64,000 bases of DNA from Candidatus Oxydemutatoraceae bacterium (GCA_965219575.1 OZ244779.1:428769-492768); one strand, 5' to 3'. Positions 52,427 through 62,135 are shown, counted from the stretch's first letter. The notes: a model not told the origin generated them from the sequence alone. Translations and numbers: made by a program.

Positions 52427-53296
52427 ATGTTTAATTTTAAGAAAAAGCTATTTTGTCTTTTATGTGTCGGTTTGTCTCTAATCGTTGTTAGTTTTAGTTC
52501 GTTTGTTCATGCAGACAATCATGACGATGACGAAGCGGGCGTTTCCGCCGAGTTAGAATTATTTTTTAGCAACAGATTTGTAGAAGAGGGTATCGTTGAG
52601 GTGCCGGGACGCGCAGTATTCACACCGGAACTCGAGATCGAATTTGAAGGATTGGAAATCGGAGATTTTGAAGTGCCGAGTTTCTTTATCGAAACCGAGT
52701 TAGTGGTTCTAGAGCTAGGAGAATCGGGCAGTTTTCGCGAATCCGAGTTAACCATAGGTAAGGAGTGGGAGTGGAATGATTACAGTATGACACTCGGCTA
52801 TACTTGGGTATATGAGAATGAAGGAGACGAGGAGGAAGAGAACGGTAATGGTGACGGGAACGGTGACGGTGCCATGGATGAAGACGAAGAAGAGGAAGAA
52901 CCTAACGATCACGAGTTTTTCTTGAGCCTATCATGCGACGCATGTTTGCCTTTTGAGATTAATCCGGACTTGTCTTATACATACTCTACAGAAGCGGACG
53001 GTGGTATGGTTGAAGTTGAACTAGCAAGAGAAATAGAGATGGAGCGTTTCAGCATAGAGCCTTATGTAGGTGCCTTGATTGATCTCGGTTATGTTACCGA
53101 TGAATACGACGGGCTAAATAATATATATATTGGTTTAGCGGTCACCGTACCGTTGACCGACTCGGTTAGTTTGGGGGCGTATGCTACACACTCCTTTGCC
53201 GAGGAAAATCTCCGTCGCGAACGCAACAACCCGGACGCAGAAGGAGAATATGACGATCAAACATGGGCCGGCATCGGTTTAGAATTTGAAATGTAA
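52427..53296 (+). CDS. Highly acidic putative outer-membrane beta-barrel protein
   Basis: Signal peptide, alternating beta strands, C-terminal WAGIGLEF, long Asp/Glu loop. Confidence 0.65.
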   Translation: MFNFKKKLFCLLCVGLSLIVVSFSSFVHADNHDDDEAGVSAELELFFSNRFVEEGIVEVPGRAVFTPELEIEFEGLEIGDFEVPSFFIETELVVLELGESGSFRESELTIGKEWEWNDYSMTLGYTWVYENEGDEEEENGNGDGNGDGAMDEDEEEEEPNDHEFFLSLSCDACLPFEINPDLSYTYSTEADGGMVEVELAREIEMERFSIEPYVGALIDLGYVTDEYDGLNNIYIGLAVTVPLTDSVSLGAYATHSFAEENLRRERNNPDAEGEYDDQTWAGIGLEFEM

Positions 53297-53336
53297 GCAA
53301 CATGTCCCCCCTCTAAATATTTAGGAGATATTCATC

Positions 53337-54572
53337 ATGTGTGAAAACAACCCCTTCTTATTACAGCCTAAACATTCACGGCTGCTGATTCAATATGTCA
53401 TCGCCATGATTTGCCTATTCGGGTTTATCGCGGTGGCGACTGCCCAACAAACCGTCAGAAATATTGACATCGCCTATATCAAAAAAGAGACCGAGGTATT
53501 GCCCAAAATGTCCAATATAGAACTACCGCCCGAAGATGACGGTATGTTCGGTGGTATGCAAGGTATAAAAGACAGCAATACGACCGGAAAATTCTTAGGT
53601 CATAACTACACGCTCAAATCGGTCATCCTCGGCGAAGACGATGAGGTGGCGAAAGCCCTTGACGACTTGTTCAAGCAAGGCATACGACATTTTGTCGTCA
53701 ATCTGGATGCCGAGGAGCTGCTTGCCACAGCCGATTCCGAACAAGGCAAACAATCGTGGTTTTATAATATCGACGCAGACGACGATTTTTTACGCACCGA
53801 ACAATGCCGGCAAAATATCTTCCACTTCACACCGAGCCATGCAATGCGTGCCGACGCACTCGCTCAGTATCTGATCGTCAAAAAATGGAGCAGATGGTTT
53901 TTGATAGAAGGGAAGAGAAAATCGGATGCCGGTTTTGCGGCAGCATTGAGGCGCGCAGCGAAAAAGTTCGGTGGAAAAATCGTGGCCGAGAAGAAGTGGG
54001 ACTTTGATACCGCCGACATGCGCCGCACCGCAGCTTCGACCGTGCCGGTCTTCACTCAAGATGCACCGGATTACGATGTGCTGATCGTTGCCGATATGGT
54101 CGGAGAGTTCGGCGAATACTTGATGTATAAGACCTGGGAACCTATGGTCGTGGCAGGCTCGCAAGGAATGATACCGGTCACTTGGCACAGAGCGCACGAA
54201 CAGTGGGGAGCTGCACAAATACAAAAACGTTTTCACAACAACTTTGAACGCTATATGTCGGAAAAAGATTACGGTGTATGGTCGGCAATACGCAGCATAA
54301 GCGAAGCCGTCACTCGCTCGCAATCGGTAGACAACAACGATATAGCGGCGTATATCGTCAGCGATAAATTTGAACTCGCGGGATATAAAGGACAACCGAT
54401 GACATTCCGCCCTTGGAACCAACAACTACGCCAGCCGATATTACTGGTGTCGCCGACCTCATTGGTCTCGGTTTCCCCTCAAAACCAGTTTCTTCATCAA
54501 AGATCCCAGTTGGATACAATGGGTTTTGATGATTACGAAGTGGAGTGCAAACTCAATGAAGTTAAACAATGA
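53337..54572 (+). CDS. ABC substrate-binding protein, PQQ-alcohol dehydrogenase system (PedA1/LutA-like)
   Basis: DSNTTGKFLG, MRADALAQYL, WHRAHEQWGA and FRPWNQQLRQP motifs. Confidence 0.85.
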   Translation: MCENNPFLLQPKHSRLLIQYVIAMICLFGFIAVATAQQTVRNIDIAYIKKETEVLPKMSNIELPPEDDGMFGGMQGIKDSNTTGKFLGHNYTLKSVILGEDDEVAKALDDLFKQGIRHFVVNLDAEELLATADSEQGKQSWFYNIDADDDFLRTEQCRQNIFHFTPSHAMRADALAQYLIVKKWSRWFLIEGKRKSDAGFAAALRRAAKKFGGKIVAEKKWDFDTADMRRTAASTVPVFTQDAPDYDVLIVADMVGEFGEYLMYKTWEPMVVAGSQGMIPVTWHRAHEQWGAAQIQKRFHNNFERYMSEKDYGVWSAIRSISEAVTRSQSVDNNDIAAYIVSDKFELAGYKGQPMTFRPWNQQLRQPILLVSPTSLVSVSPQNQFLHQRSQLDTMGFDDYEVECKLNEVKQ

Positions 54573-55567
54573 CAGGAGGTAATAAAATGTCTTATTTTTT
54601 AATTAATCTAAAGCGGATGGTATTTTTCACACTTATTTTGTGTAGTCCACTTTTGTTTGCGGAAACAATTTATGTTTCCAACGAAAAAGATAATACGCTC
54701 AGTATTATCGACGGTGAATCACTAGAAGTGATCAAGACCGTCAAGGTCGGGCAACGGCCGCGTGGGCTTATTATGGGTAGAGAGCAAAAGTTTCTTTATA
54801 TCTGTGCAAGCGACGACGATACGATCCAAATACTCGATTTGGCTACCCACGAAATAGTCGGCAATTTGCCCTCCGGTCCCGATCCCGAACTGATGGCGAT
54901 CTCTCCGGACAACACAACGATCTATGTTGCCAACGAGGATGATGCCAAGGTTTCGATCGTCGATATCGCCTCGAAAAAAATCGTTGCGGAAATAGAGGTC
55001 GGTGAGGAGCCCGAGGGTGTGGGCGTTAGTCCCGACGGCAAAACAGTTGTTGTTACATCGGAGACGAGCAATATGGCACACTTTCTGGATGTCGCAAGCC
55101 GCGAATTGACTGCTAATGTGCTGGTCGGAACACGACCGCGTTTTGCCGAATTTACACACGACGGTAAGCAAGTCTGGGTGTCGGCCGAACTCGGCAGCAC
55201 AGTCAGCGTGATTGACGCAGAGAACCCTGAAATAATAAAGAATATTGAATTTCCGATCCCCGGTCTGAAGAAAGAGGAAATACAGCCGGTCGGTGTGCGC
55301 ATCACCGATGACGACAAGTATGCATTCGTAGCACTAGGACCTGCGAGCCGTGTTGCCGTAGTAGATGTACAAAACCTTGAAGTGGAGAAATATCTACTGG
55401 TCGGCAGACGGGTTTGGCAGTTGGATTTCAACGCCGACGAAACCAGAGTATACACGACGAACGGTGTCAGCAACGACATATCGGTTATAGATGTTGAAAG
55501 CCAAAAGGTAATAAAATCTATAGCAGTCGGAAATTATCCTTGGGGTGTGGCAATCAAAGACAGCTGA
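54569..55567 (+). CDS. YVTN beta-propeller, PQQ-catabolism associated (PedA2-like)
   Basis: YVSNEKD, VGQRPRG, PSGPDPE and YTTNGVSND repeats. Confidence 0.88.
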   Translation: MTGGNKMSYFLINLKRMVFFTLILCSPLLFAETIYVSNEKDNTLSIIDGESLEVIKTVKVGQRPRGLIMGREQKFLYICASDDDTIQILDLATHEIVGNLPSGPDPELMAISPDNTTIYVANEDDAKVSIVDIASKKIVAEIEVGEEPEGVGVSPDGKTVVVTSETSNMAHFLDVASRELTANVLVGTRPRFAEFTHDGKQVWVSAELGSTVSVIDAENPEIIKNIEFPIPGLKKEEIQPVGVRITDDDKYAFVALGPASRVAVVDVQNLEVEKYLLVGRRVWQLDFNADETRVYTTNGVSNDISVIDVESQKVIKSIAVGNYPWGVAIKDS

Positions 55568-55569
55568 TT

Positions 55570-55862
55570 GTAGGGGCGGACTTATATGTCCGCCCGTGAC
55601 GCGTTGGTCGGCACGATTTATACATTCATTCACCCGATTTATGGAAACCAAAACCACACGGCGCAAGCGGTTGTGGCGTATCTGCACAAGGCACAGTGTC
55701 GGTACATTCCCCTCCTGTGGAGGGGTGGCAGGCGAAGCCTGACGGGGTGGTTGTGTCGTATCTGCATGATTTATACATTCATTCATCCAATTTATGGAAA
55801 CCATTATTTACTGGCGCAGGGCGGTTGGATTTGTACGATGTCCGCACTTTTTCAACAGTCCC
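55570..55862. repeat. Mosaic REP/MITE-like element inside the ABC operon
   Basis: GTAG REP, CCCCTCC hairpin and TTTTTCAACAGTCCC end. Confidence 0.85.
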
Positions 55863-55999
55863 AGCGTATCTGCACGCGAGCGGTTGTGGTTATTCCGAAC
55901 GGTACTTTGAGTTATGTATAATAGCTTGCTTATGAAATAATACCTTATGCGCACATCACGGTGCGCTGCGTTTTTATACTTTGAATTAGTGGTAATACA

Positions 56000-56722
56000 T
56001 TGTCTTTGCAAGAAATTCTAAAAGTTGACGGAGTTAGCTATAACTACGGAGCAATCAAGGCACTCGATGCGATTAGCTTCTCGGTTGCTGCCGGTCAATT
56101 CACCATACTATTAGGCCCCAACGGTGCCGGGAAGACGACATTATTTTCTCTGATTACCGGTCTTTACCATAGCCGTCGTGGGCAAATTTCTATCTGTGGT
56201 TGTGCGATGCACAAAAAGCCATCCAAAGCCTTAGTGCAACTCGGTGTGGTTTTTCAGCAACGCTCTTTGGATATGGATTTAAGCATACGCCAGAATCTTA
56301 AGTATTCGGCGCACTTGTATGGTCTGTCTTCCCAGGAGGGTATGGCACGCGCAGCCCGAGAACTTGAGCGTATCGGGATGACCGATCGAATGGACACCAA
56401 AATCAGGTATCTCAGTGGCGGGCAAATGCGACGCGTAGAGATTGCACGCGCCCTAATCAACAAACCCAAATTACTGATTCTGGACGAACCCACCGTAGGT
56501 TTAGATGTGCAGAGCCGTGAACTGATTATCAAGCACGTACGCAAAATGTGCAGCGAGGGTTTGTCGGTATTATGGACTACGCATCTGCTCGACGAGGTTC
56601 AAGCCGACGACCACATGCTGATACTCAAAAAAGGTATGATTGCAATGCGCGGTAGTGCCGAACAACTAACCGGCACCGACGAAGCCATTGCGATGAGAAA
56701 AAAATTAGCCGCCCTTCTGTAG
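56000..56722 (+). CDS. ABC transporter ATP-binding protein (PedB-like)
   Basis: GPNGAGKTT, LSGGQ and LILDEPTVGLD motifs. Confidence 0.9.
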   Translation: MSLQEILKVDGVSYNYGAIKALDAISFSVAAGQFTILLGPNGAGKTTLFSLITGLYHSRRGQISICGCAMHKKPSKALVQLGVVFQQRSLDMDLSIRQNLKYSAHLYGLSSQEGMARAARELERIGMTDRMDTKIRYLSGGQMRRVEIARALINKPKLLILDEPTVGLDVQSRELIIKHVRKMCSEGLSVLWTTHLLDEVQADDHMLILKKGMIAMRGSAEQLTGTDEAIAMRKKLAALL

Positions 56723-56729
56723 GATAGCG

Positions 56730-57554
56730 ATGAATCGGATTACTACAAAATTAACACCGCTTAGCTATTTTTATTTTTTCTTTGGCATCGTCGAGCGCGA
56801 GGTATTGCGTTTTCTGCAACAACGCGAGCGCTTTGTCGCTGCGTTGGTACGTCCTCTGGTGTGGCTGTTCATATTCGCTGCCGGTTTTCGCTCGGTATTG
56901 GGCGTATCCATTATTCCACCTTATCAAACCTATGTGCTTTACGAGGAATACATTACGCCGGGATTAATCGGCATGATCCAGTTGTTCAGTGGGATGCAAA
57001 CTTCTTTGTCTATGGTCTACGATCGCGAGATGGGTAGCATGAGAATTCTACTGACCAGCCCGGCACCGCGCTGGTTTTTGTTGGTCAATAAATTATTGGC
57101 CGGCACGGTCATCTCGATACTACAGGTTTATGTGTTTCTTGCAATCGCCTGGTTTTGGGAAATACGCCCACCCACTTTAGGTTATTTAACACTGCTGCCG
57201 ACGCTGCTACTGACCGGGTTTATGTTGAGTGCTATCGGGTTATTTATATCGTCGGTGATCAAACAGTTGGAAAACTTTGCCGGAATTATGAATTTCGTTA
57301 TATTCCCGATGTTTTTTGCCTCTTCGGCACTCTATCCTTTATGGCGCATCAAGGAGTCCAGTGTGCTACTGCACGATATTTGTTTATACAACCCGTTCAC
57401 CCATATCGTCGAATTAATCCGCTTTGCACTTTATTCGGAGTTCAACACTCAGGCTTTCCTGATCGTTGTAGGTGTTGCCGTACTATTCATGACGATGGCG
57501 GTGTACGGTTACGACCCCCGTCGCGGTGTGTTGGGTACACGCCGCAAACGGTAG
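56730..57554 (+). CDS. ABC-2 type permease (PedC-like)
   Basis: LVRPLVWL, SMVYDREMGSM, LENFAG and NPFTH motifs. Confidence 0.9.
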   Translation: MNRITTKLTPLSYFYFFFGIVEREVLRFLQQRERFVAALVRPLVWLFIFAAGFRSVLGVSIIPPYQTYVLYEEYITPGLIGMIQLFSGMQTSLSMVYDREMGSMRILLTSPAPRWFLLVNKLLAGTVISILQVYVFLAIAWFWEIRPPTLGYLTLLPTLLLTGFMLSAIGLFISSVIKQLENFAGIMNFVIFPMFFASSALYPLWRIKESSVLLHDICLYNPFTHIVELIRFALYSEFNTQAFLIVVGVAVLFMTMAVYGYDPRRGVLGTRRKR

Positions 57555-57567
57555 ACCTATATCGATA

Positions 57568-57897
57568 CTAGGGGCGGACCATTCCCCTCCTGTGGAGGGA
57601 TGGTCGGTGCAGCCTGACGGGGGGGGGCGCAGAAATGGCACTGTTGAAAAAGTATCGTCAGCTTGCAACCGTAACCGCTTGCGCCATGAACATTTGCAAA
57701 CCGCCGTAGGGGCGGACTTGCATGTCCGCCCGTGATGCGTTGGTTGGCACGATTTATACATTCATTCACCCGATTTATGGAAACCAAAACCAAATGGCGC
57801 AAGCGGTTGGTGTCATGCAGAAAAAGTATCCACGAACCGTAGGGGCGGTACATTCCCCTCCTTCGGAGGGGTGGCAGGCGAAGCCTGACGGGGTGGT
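57568..57897. repeat. Mosaic REP/MITE-like element
   Basis: Two CCCCTCC hairpins, CTGTTGAAAAAG and a GTAG REP. Confidence 0.85.
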
Positions 57898-57906
57898 TAC
57901 AACCGT

Positions 57907-58607
57907 TGACATTTTCCCAAAATTTAGTATCAATGTTAAAGTTAGTTTTTCCGATAAACTAGAGAAGTTAAAAACATTACAGGAGAACTTAATATGAGCA
58001 GAAAGCGGTTTAGTGAAGAACAAATCATTAAGGCATTAAAGTCAAACGAAGCCGGCATGAAGGTAGTAGATATCTGTCGCAAGCTCGGCATTGCCGAGCA
58101 GACATTTTATCGCTGGCGTAGCAAATATAATGGCATGGAAGTATCAGATGCCAAACGCCTGAAAAAGCTTGAAGCCGAGAATAGGAAGCTCAAGAGGCTA
58201 TTGGCTGAATCGGTGGCGAAGCGTGAAACACTAGAGGAAGTTTTATCAAAAAAGTGGTAAAGCCGGCGCAGCGCAAGCAGATTGTAAAAGATCTAGTAAG
58301 CGAGGGTCGGCATAGTGAATGCACCGCCTGCAAACTTGCCGGTGTCAGTCGCAGTGCTTATCGCTATCAGGGCAAGCAAGCCGATAAAGATCGCGAACTG
58401 GAAGCCGCGTTATTGGAGAAGGCAAAGCAGTATCCGCATTATGGCTATAAGAGGCTACATGCGCTTCTAAAAAGCGAAGGACGGGTCGTCAATGTGAAGC
58501 GTACCTATAGGCTTTATAAGAAACTTGGGCTTGAATTGAGAACAGAAAAGACGCAAAAAGCTGTGTCGTCCGCGTTGCGTGTCGACAACACCGGCAAGGG
58601 TGAATAA
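57907..58607 (+). mobile_element. IS3-family remnant: left end, intact orfA (57994..58260), truncated orfB (58254..58607)
   Basis: orfA RFSEEQII...FYRWRSKY...LEAENRKLK. AAAAAG slippery site at the A/B overlap. orfB has YGYKR but no DDE core. Confidence 0.88.
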
Positions 58608-58609
58608 GT

Positions 58610-58891
58610 GGGGCTGTTGAAAAAGTATCGTCAGCGTGCAACCGTAACCGCTTGCGCCGTGAATTTATAATAACCACCAAGCCGTAGGGGCAGTATAAAG
58701 CCGCCGATTGAGCCGGTAGGTCAATCGGCAACTCTGATGTCTGCCCCTACAGGTGGTTTGCAAATATTCACGGCGCATAGCGATTGGGTTTGAGCGATAA
58801 CCTCACTTTTTCAACAGCCCCAGCGTATTCTGCACAACGTTATGCCGATGACCCACTGCTTAGATCGGTAGTCCCACCGGCTTAATCGGCG
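58610..58891. repeat. Mosaic REP/MITE-like element abutting the IS3 truncation
   Basis: GGGGCTGTTGAAAAAG...CTTTTTCAACAGCCCC with a GTAGGGGCAG[hairpin]CTGCCCCTAC core. Confidence 0.85.
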
Positions 58892-58969
58892 GTTCTATTT
58901 TCCAATAAACCCATATATAATAACCAGTTTGACATTCGCAATCCTTAACAGCAACGCAAGGAGCATAAA

Positions 58970-60940
58970 ATGACAGCAGCAGAGAAACAGGAAAGTTTAG
59001 AAACACAGGAAGAACAGAAACTAACTTTTAGGCGTTATGAAGACGGCGACCATAAGTGGGATAACTTTTCCAGCCAGATATTCAGTGCCGACCACTCGCC
59101 TAAATGCCCGACCTACGTACATAGAACACCACCGTGCCAAGGTAGCTGCCCCTCGGGCGAGGATATTCGTGGCTGGCTTGCCATTGTCCGCGGCATAGAA
59201 AAACCACCCGAAGGCACCTCAATGCAAGAATATGCATTTGAACGCTCGACAACCGCCAACCCCTTCCCGTCGATGATGGGACGAGTGTGTCCGGCACCGT
59301 GCCAAGACGGCTGCAACCGCAACCATGTAGAAGACTTCGTAGGTATCAATGCGGTTGAACAATATATAGGCGATACCGCAATAGAACAAGACTTCAAGTT
59401 TGACTGCGACCTCCCGTTGGGCGACAAAAAAGTCGCAATCATAGGTGGCGGCCCTGCCGGTCTCTCGGCAGCATATCAACTACGCCGCAGAGGCTACGGT
59501 AGCACCATCTTCGACGAACACGAAGAACTCGGCGGCATGATGCGCTACGGCATCCCCGGCTATAGAACCCCGCGCAAACTATTGGATGCCGAGATCCAAC
59601 GCATCCTAGATATGGGCGGCATAGACACCCGTATGTCCACCCGAGTCGGCAAAGATGTCGGCGTTGAAGATATAGAAAAAGAGTTTGACGCAATTATCTG
59701 GTGCTTGGGTTGCCAAGTCGGTCGCGCCCTGCCGGTGCCGGGCGGCGACGCACCGAACTGCGTTAGCGGTGTGAAGTTTTTGGAAGCCTTTAACGAAGGA
59801 CGGCTACATGTAACATCCGATAAAGTCATTTGCGTAGGCGGCGGCGATACCTCCATAGATGTAGTCTCGGTGGCACGTCGTTTGGGCAAAATAGAAAGAC
59901 TTTCCGGCAAGCAACGACCCGAACACATCATCGGCGGCTATACCGCACACGACTCCGCCTTTGCCGCAGCACGCGAAGGTGCCGAAGTGACCCTGACCTC
60001 GCTATTCGCCCAAAAGGATATGACCGCAAGCGAACACGAAGTGGAAGATGCCCTAAAAGAAGGTGTTACTATCCTCGACGGCGTGATGCCCGTAGAAGTA
60101 ATCTTGGCGGATAACGGCAAAGCCTCTAAATTGAGAATGGCAAAATGCGAAATGCAAGACGGCAAGCCCACACCGATAGAAGGCACCGAATTTGAAATAG
60201 AATGCGACCTCATCGTCTCGGCAATCGGACAAGGCGGCGACCTCGAAGGCTTGGAAGAATTCGACAACGGTCGCGGACTGATGGATGTAGACAAATTCTA
60301 TGCACTGCCCGACAAAGAAGGACACTTCGCCGCCGGCGACATTATCCGCCCGCACCTGCTGACTACGGCAATCGGACAAGCCTCTATTGCCGTTGAAGGC
60401 GTAGACTACTACCTGCGCCAAGGCGAAATGAAAAAACGACCCAAAGTAGATGTGCATCACTTCGACCTGCTCGCCAAACTCAAAGAAAACGGCCTTGACC
60501 CGACCTCGTTTGAAGGCGGCGAACCCCGCGGCACCGATGCTTCCGATTTCTCGGTGCATAACTACGAAGACCGCTCGGCACAAGAAATCGCCTCTTACGA
60601 AAAGCTATTCCTCGCGCACTTCCCCTACACCCCCCGCTACCAACGCAAAACCTGCGGACCCGACGAGGAACAAGTGCTCGGACACTTCGAGGAACGCGTC
60701 ATCGGCTTGAACGAAGAAGAAGCAGTCAAAGAAGCCGAACGCTGTATGAGCTGCGGCATGTGCTTTGAATGTGACAACTGCGTCGTATTCTGCCCCCAAG
60801 ATGCAGTCTACAGAGTGGACAAAACAAAACAAACCCTCGGCCGCTATGTAGACACCTACTACGACCGCTGCATCGGCTGCCACATCTGCGCCGATGTCTG
60901 CCCCACCGGCTACATTGACATGGCATTGGGGGATCATTAA
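58970..60940 (+). CDS. dsrL: Iron-sulfur flavoprotein DsrL
   Basis: N-terminus FRRYEDGD...KCPTYVHRTPPCQGSCPSGEDIRGWL as in oxidative DsrL; GGGPAG, GGGDT and C-terminal 2[4Fe-4S]. Confidence 0.88.
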   Translation: MTAAEKQESLETQEEQKLTFRRYEDGDHKWDNFSSQIFSADHSPKCPTYVHRTPPCQGSCPSGEDIRGWLAIVRGIEKPPEGTSMQEYAFERSTTANPFPSMMGRVCPAPCQDGCNRNHVEDFVGINAVEQYIGDTAIEQDFKFDCDLPLGDKKVAIIGGGPAGLSAAYQLRRRGYGSTIFDEHEELGGMMRYGIPGYRTPRKLLDAEIQRILDMGGIDTRMSTRVGKDVGVEDIEKEFDAIIWCLGCQVGRALPVPGGDAPNCVSGVKFLEAFNEGRLHVTSDKVICVGGGDTSIDVVSVARRLGKIERLSGKQRPEHIIGGYTAHDSAFAAAREGAEVTLTSLFAQKDMTASEHEVEDALKEGVTILDGVMPVEVILADNGKASKLRMAKCEMQDGKPTPIEGTEFEIECDLIVSAIGQGGDLEGLEEFDNGRGLMDVDKFYALPDKEGHFAAGDIIRPHLLTTAIGQASIAVEGVDYYLRQGEMKKRPKVDVHHFDLLAKLKENGLDPTSFEGGEPRGTDASDFSVHNYEDRSAQEIASYEKLFLAHFPYTPRYQRKTCGPDEEQVLGHFEERVIGLNEEEAVKEAERCMSCGMCFECDNCVVFCPQDAVYRVDKTKQTLGRYVDTYYDRCIGCHICADVCPTGYIDMALGDH

Positions 60941-61085
60941 AAAAGACGGTGTAAATTAGGTTATGGCAAAATCGTTTAGTAAATTTGGGAAGGAATGTTA
61001 TAACGAGTTTGTCAGGCAGTACAGTATCCATTACTAGATATTGTGGGACAGAAAAAGCTACAGCACGAAGCCTTAAGAACCAAGC

Positions 61086-62063
61086 ATGGCAAATAACAGA
61101 AACCTTCATTCTGCCCATGCTGCAAAGAAAGATGAGTTCTATACTCAGCTATCCGATATAGAAAAGGAACTCCAATATTACAAAAAACATTTTCAAGGTA
61201 AGGTTGTCTATTGCAACTGTGATGATCCGAAAGTAAGTAAGTTTTTCCATTATTTTTCGTATAACTTTGAGAGTCTTGGTTTGAAAAAGCTCATTACGAC
61301 ATGTTACAAAAGCAAATATCAGGATATGTTTAGTAAGAACGACTCGGCACACGCTATCTGGTTAGAATATGATGGTGATAAGAACGAAAACAGAATTCCG
61401 GATCCGGAAGAGATTGGTATTTTCTCGCTAAAAGGTGACGGCGATTTTCGTAGCAAAGAATGTATTGATATTCTAAAGCAAGCCGACATAGTTTGTACTA
61501 ATCCACCTTTCTCGCTATTCCGTAAATATGTTGAGCAACTAATAAAATACGATAAGCAATTCCTTATCATCGGAAATATGAACGCCACTGGCTATAAAGA
61601 GATATTTCCGCTTTTCCGAGAAAATAAAATTTGGTACGGAGCGAGTATTAAGAGCGGGGATAGAGAGTTTGGTGTCCCAGAGCATTATCCTCTAACAGCA
61701 GCAACCTCTAGAGTTGATGCTAATGGAAACAAATATATTAGAGTAAAAGGAGTACGATGGTTCACAAATTTAGACCACAAAAAACGTCATGAAGAACTGA
61801 TTCTGCATAGGCGTTATTCGTCAAAGGAATATCCCATATACGATAATTATGATGCTATTAATGTGGATGAAACTGCCCTAATTCCAATGGATTGGAAGGG
61901 CGCAATGGGGGTACCAATTAGCTTCTTGGACAAGTATAATCCAGACCAGTTTGAGATAATCAAATTCAGAAAGGGAAACGATGAAAAAGATTTAAGTATA
62001 AATGGGAAATGTCCTTATTTGCGTATCCTCATTCGTAACAAAAAACCAGTCGCAATAAAATGA
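61086..62063 (+). CDS. EcoRI-family adenine-specific DNA methyltransferase, copy 1
   Basis: KDEFYT, YCNCDDP, GDFRS, TNPPFSLFR and MGVPI motifs. Confidence 0.9.
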   Translation: MANNRNLHSAHAAKKDEFYTQLSDIEKELQYYKKHFQGKVVYCNCDDPKVSKFFHYFSYNFESLGLKKLITTCYKSKYQDMFSKNDSAHAIWLEYDGDKNENRIPDPEEIGIFSLKGDGDFRSKECIDILKQADIVCTNPPFSLFRKYVEQLIKYDKQFLIIGNMNATGYKEIFPLFRENKIWYGASIKSGDREFGVPEHYPLTAATSRVDANGNKYIRVKGVRWFTNLDHKKRHEELILHRRYSSKEYPIYDNYDAINVDETALIPMDWKGAMGVPISFLDKYNPDQFEIIKFRKGNDEKDLSINGKCPYLRILIRNKKPVAIK

Positions 62064-62125
62064 AAATAGAATTCAAAGAAATAAGGGTGCGTGTATTTGT
62101 GGATAACTATAGCGTAAAGACTTGA
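62060..62125 (+). pseudogene. 21-codon stub of the DUF262 nuclease N-terminus
   Basis: MKIEFKEIRVRVFVDNYSVKT* matches MKIELREITVRKLVDGY at 63110, with the same ATGA overlap on the MTase stop. Confidence 0.75.
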
Positions 62126-62135
62126 GAGCATAAAT

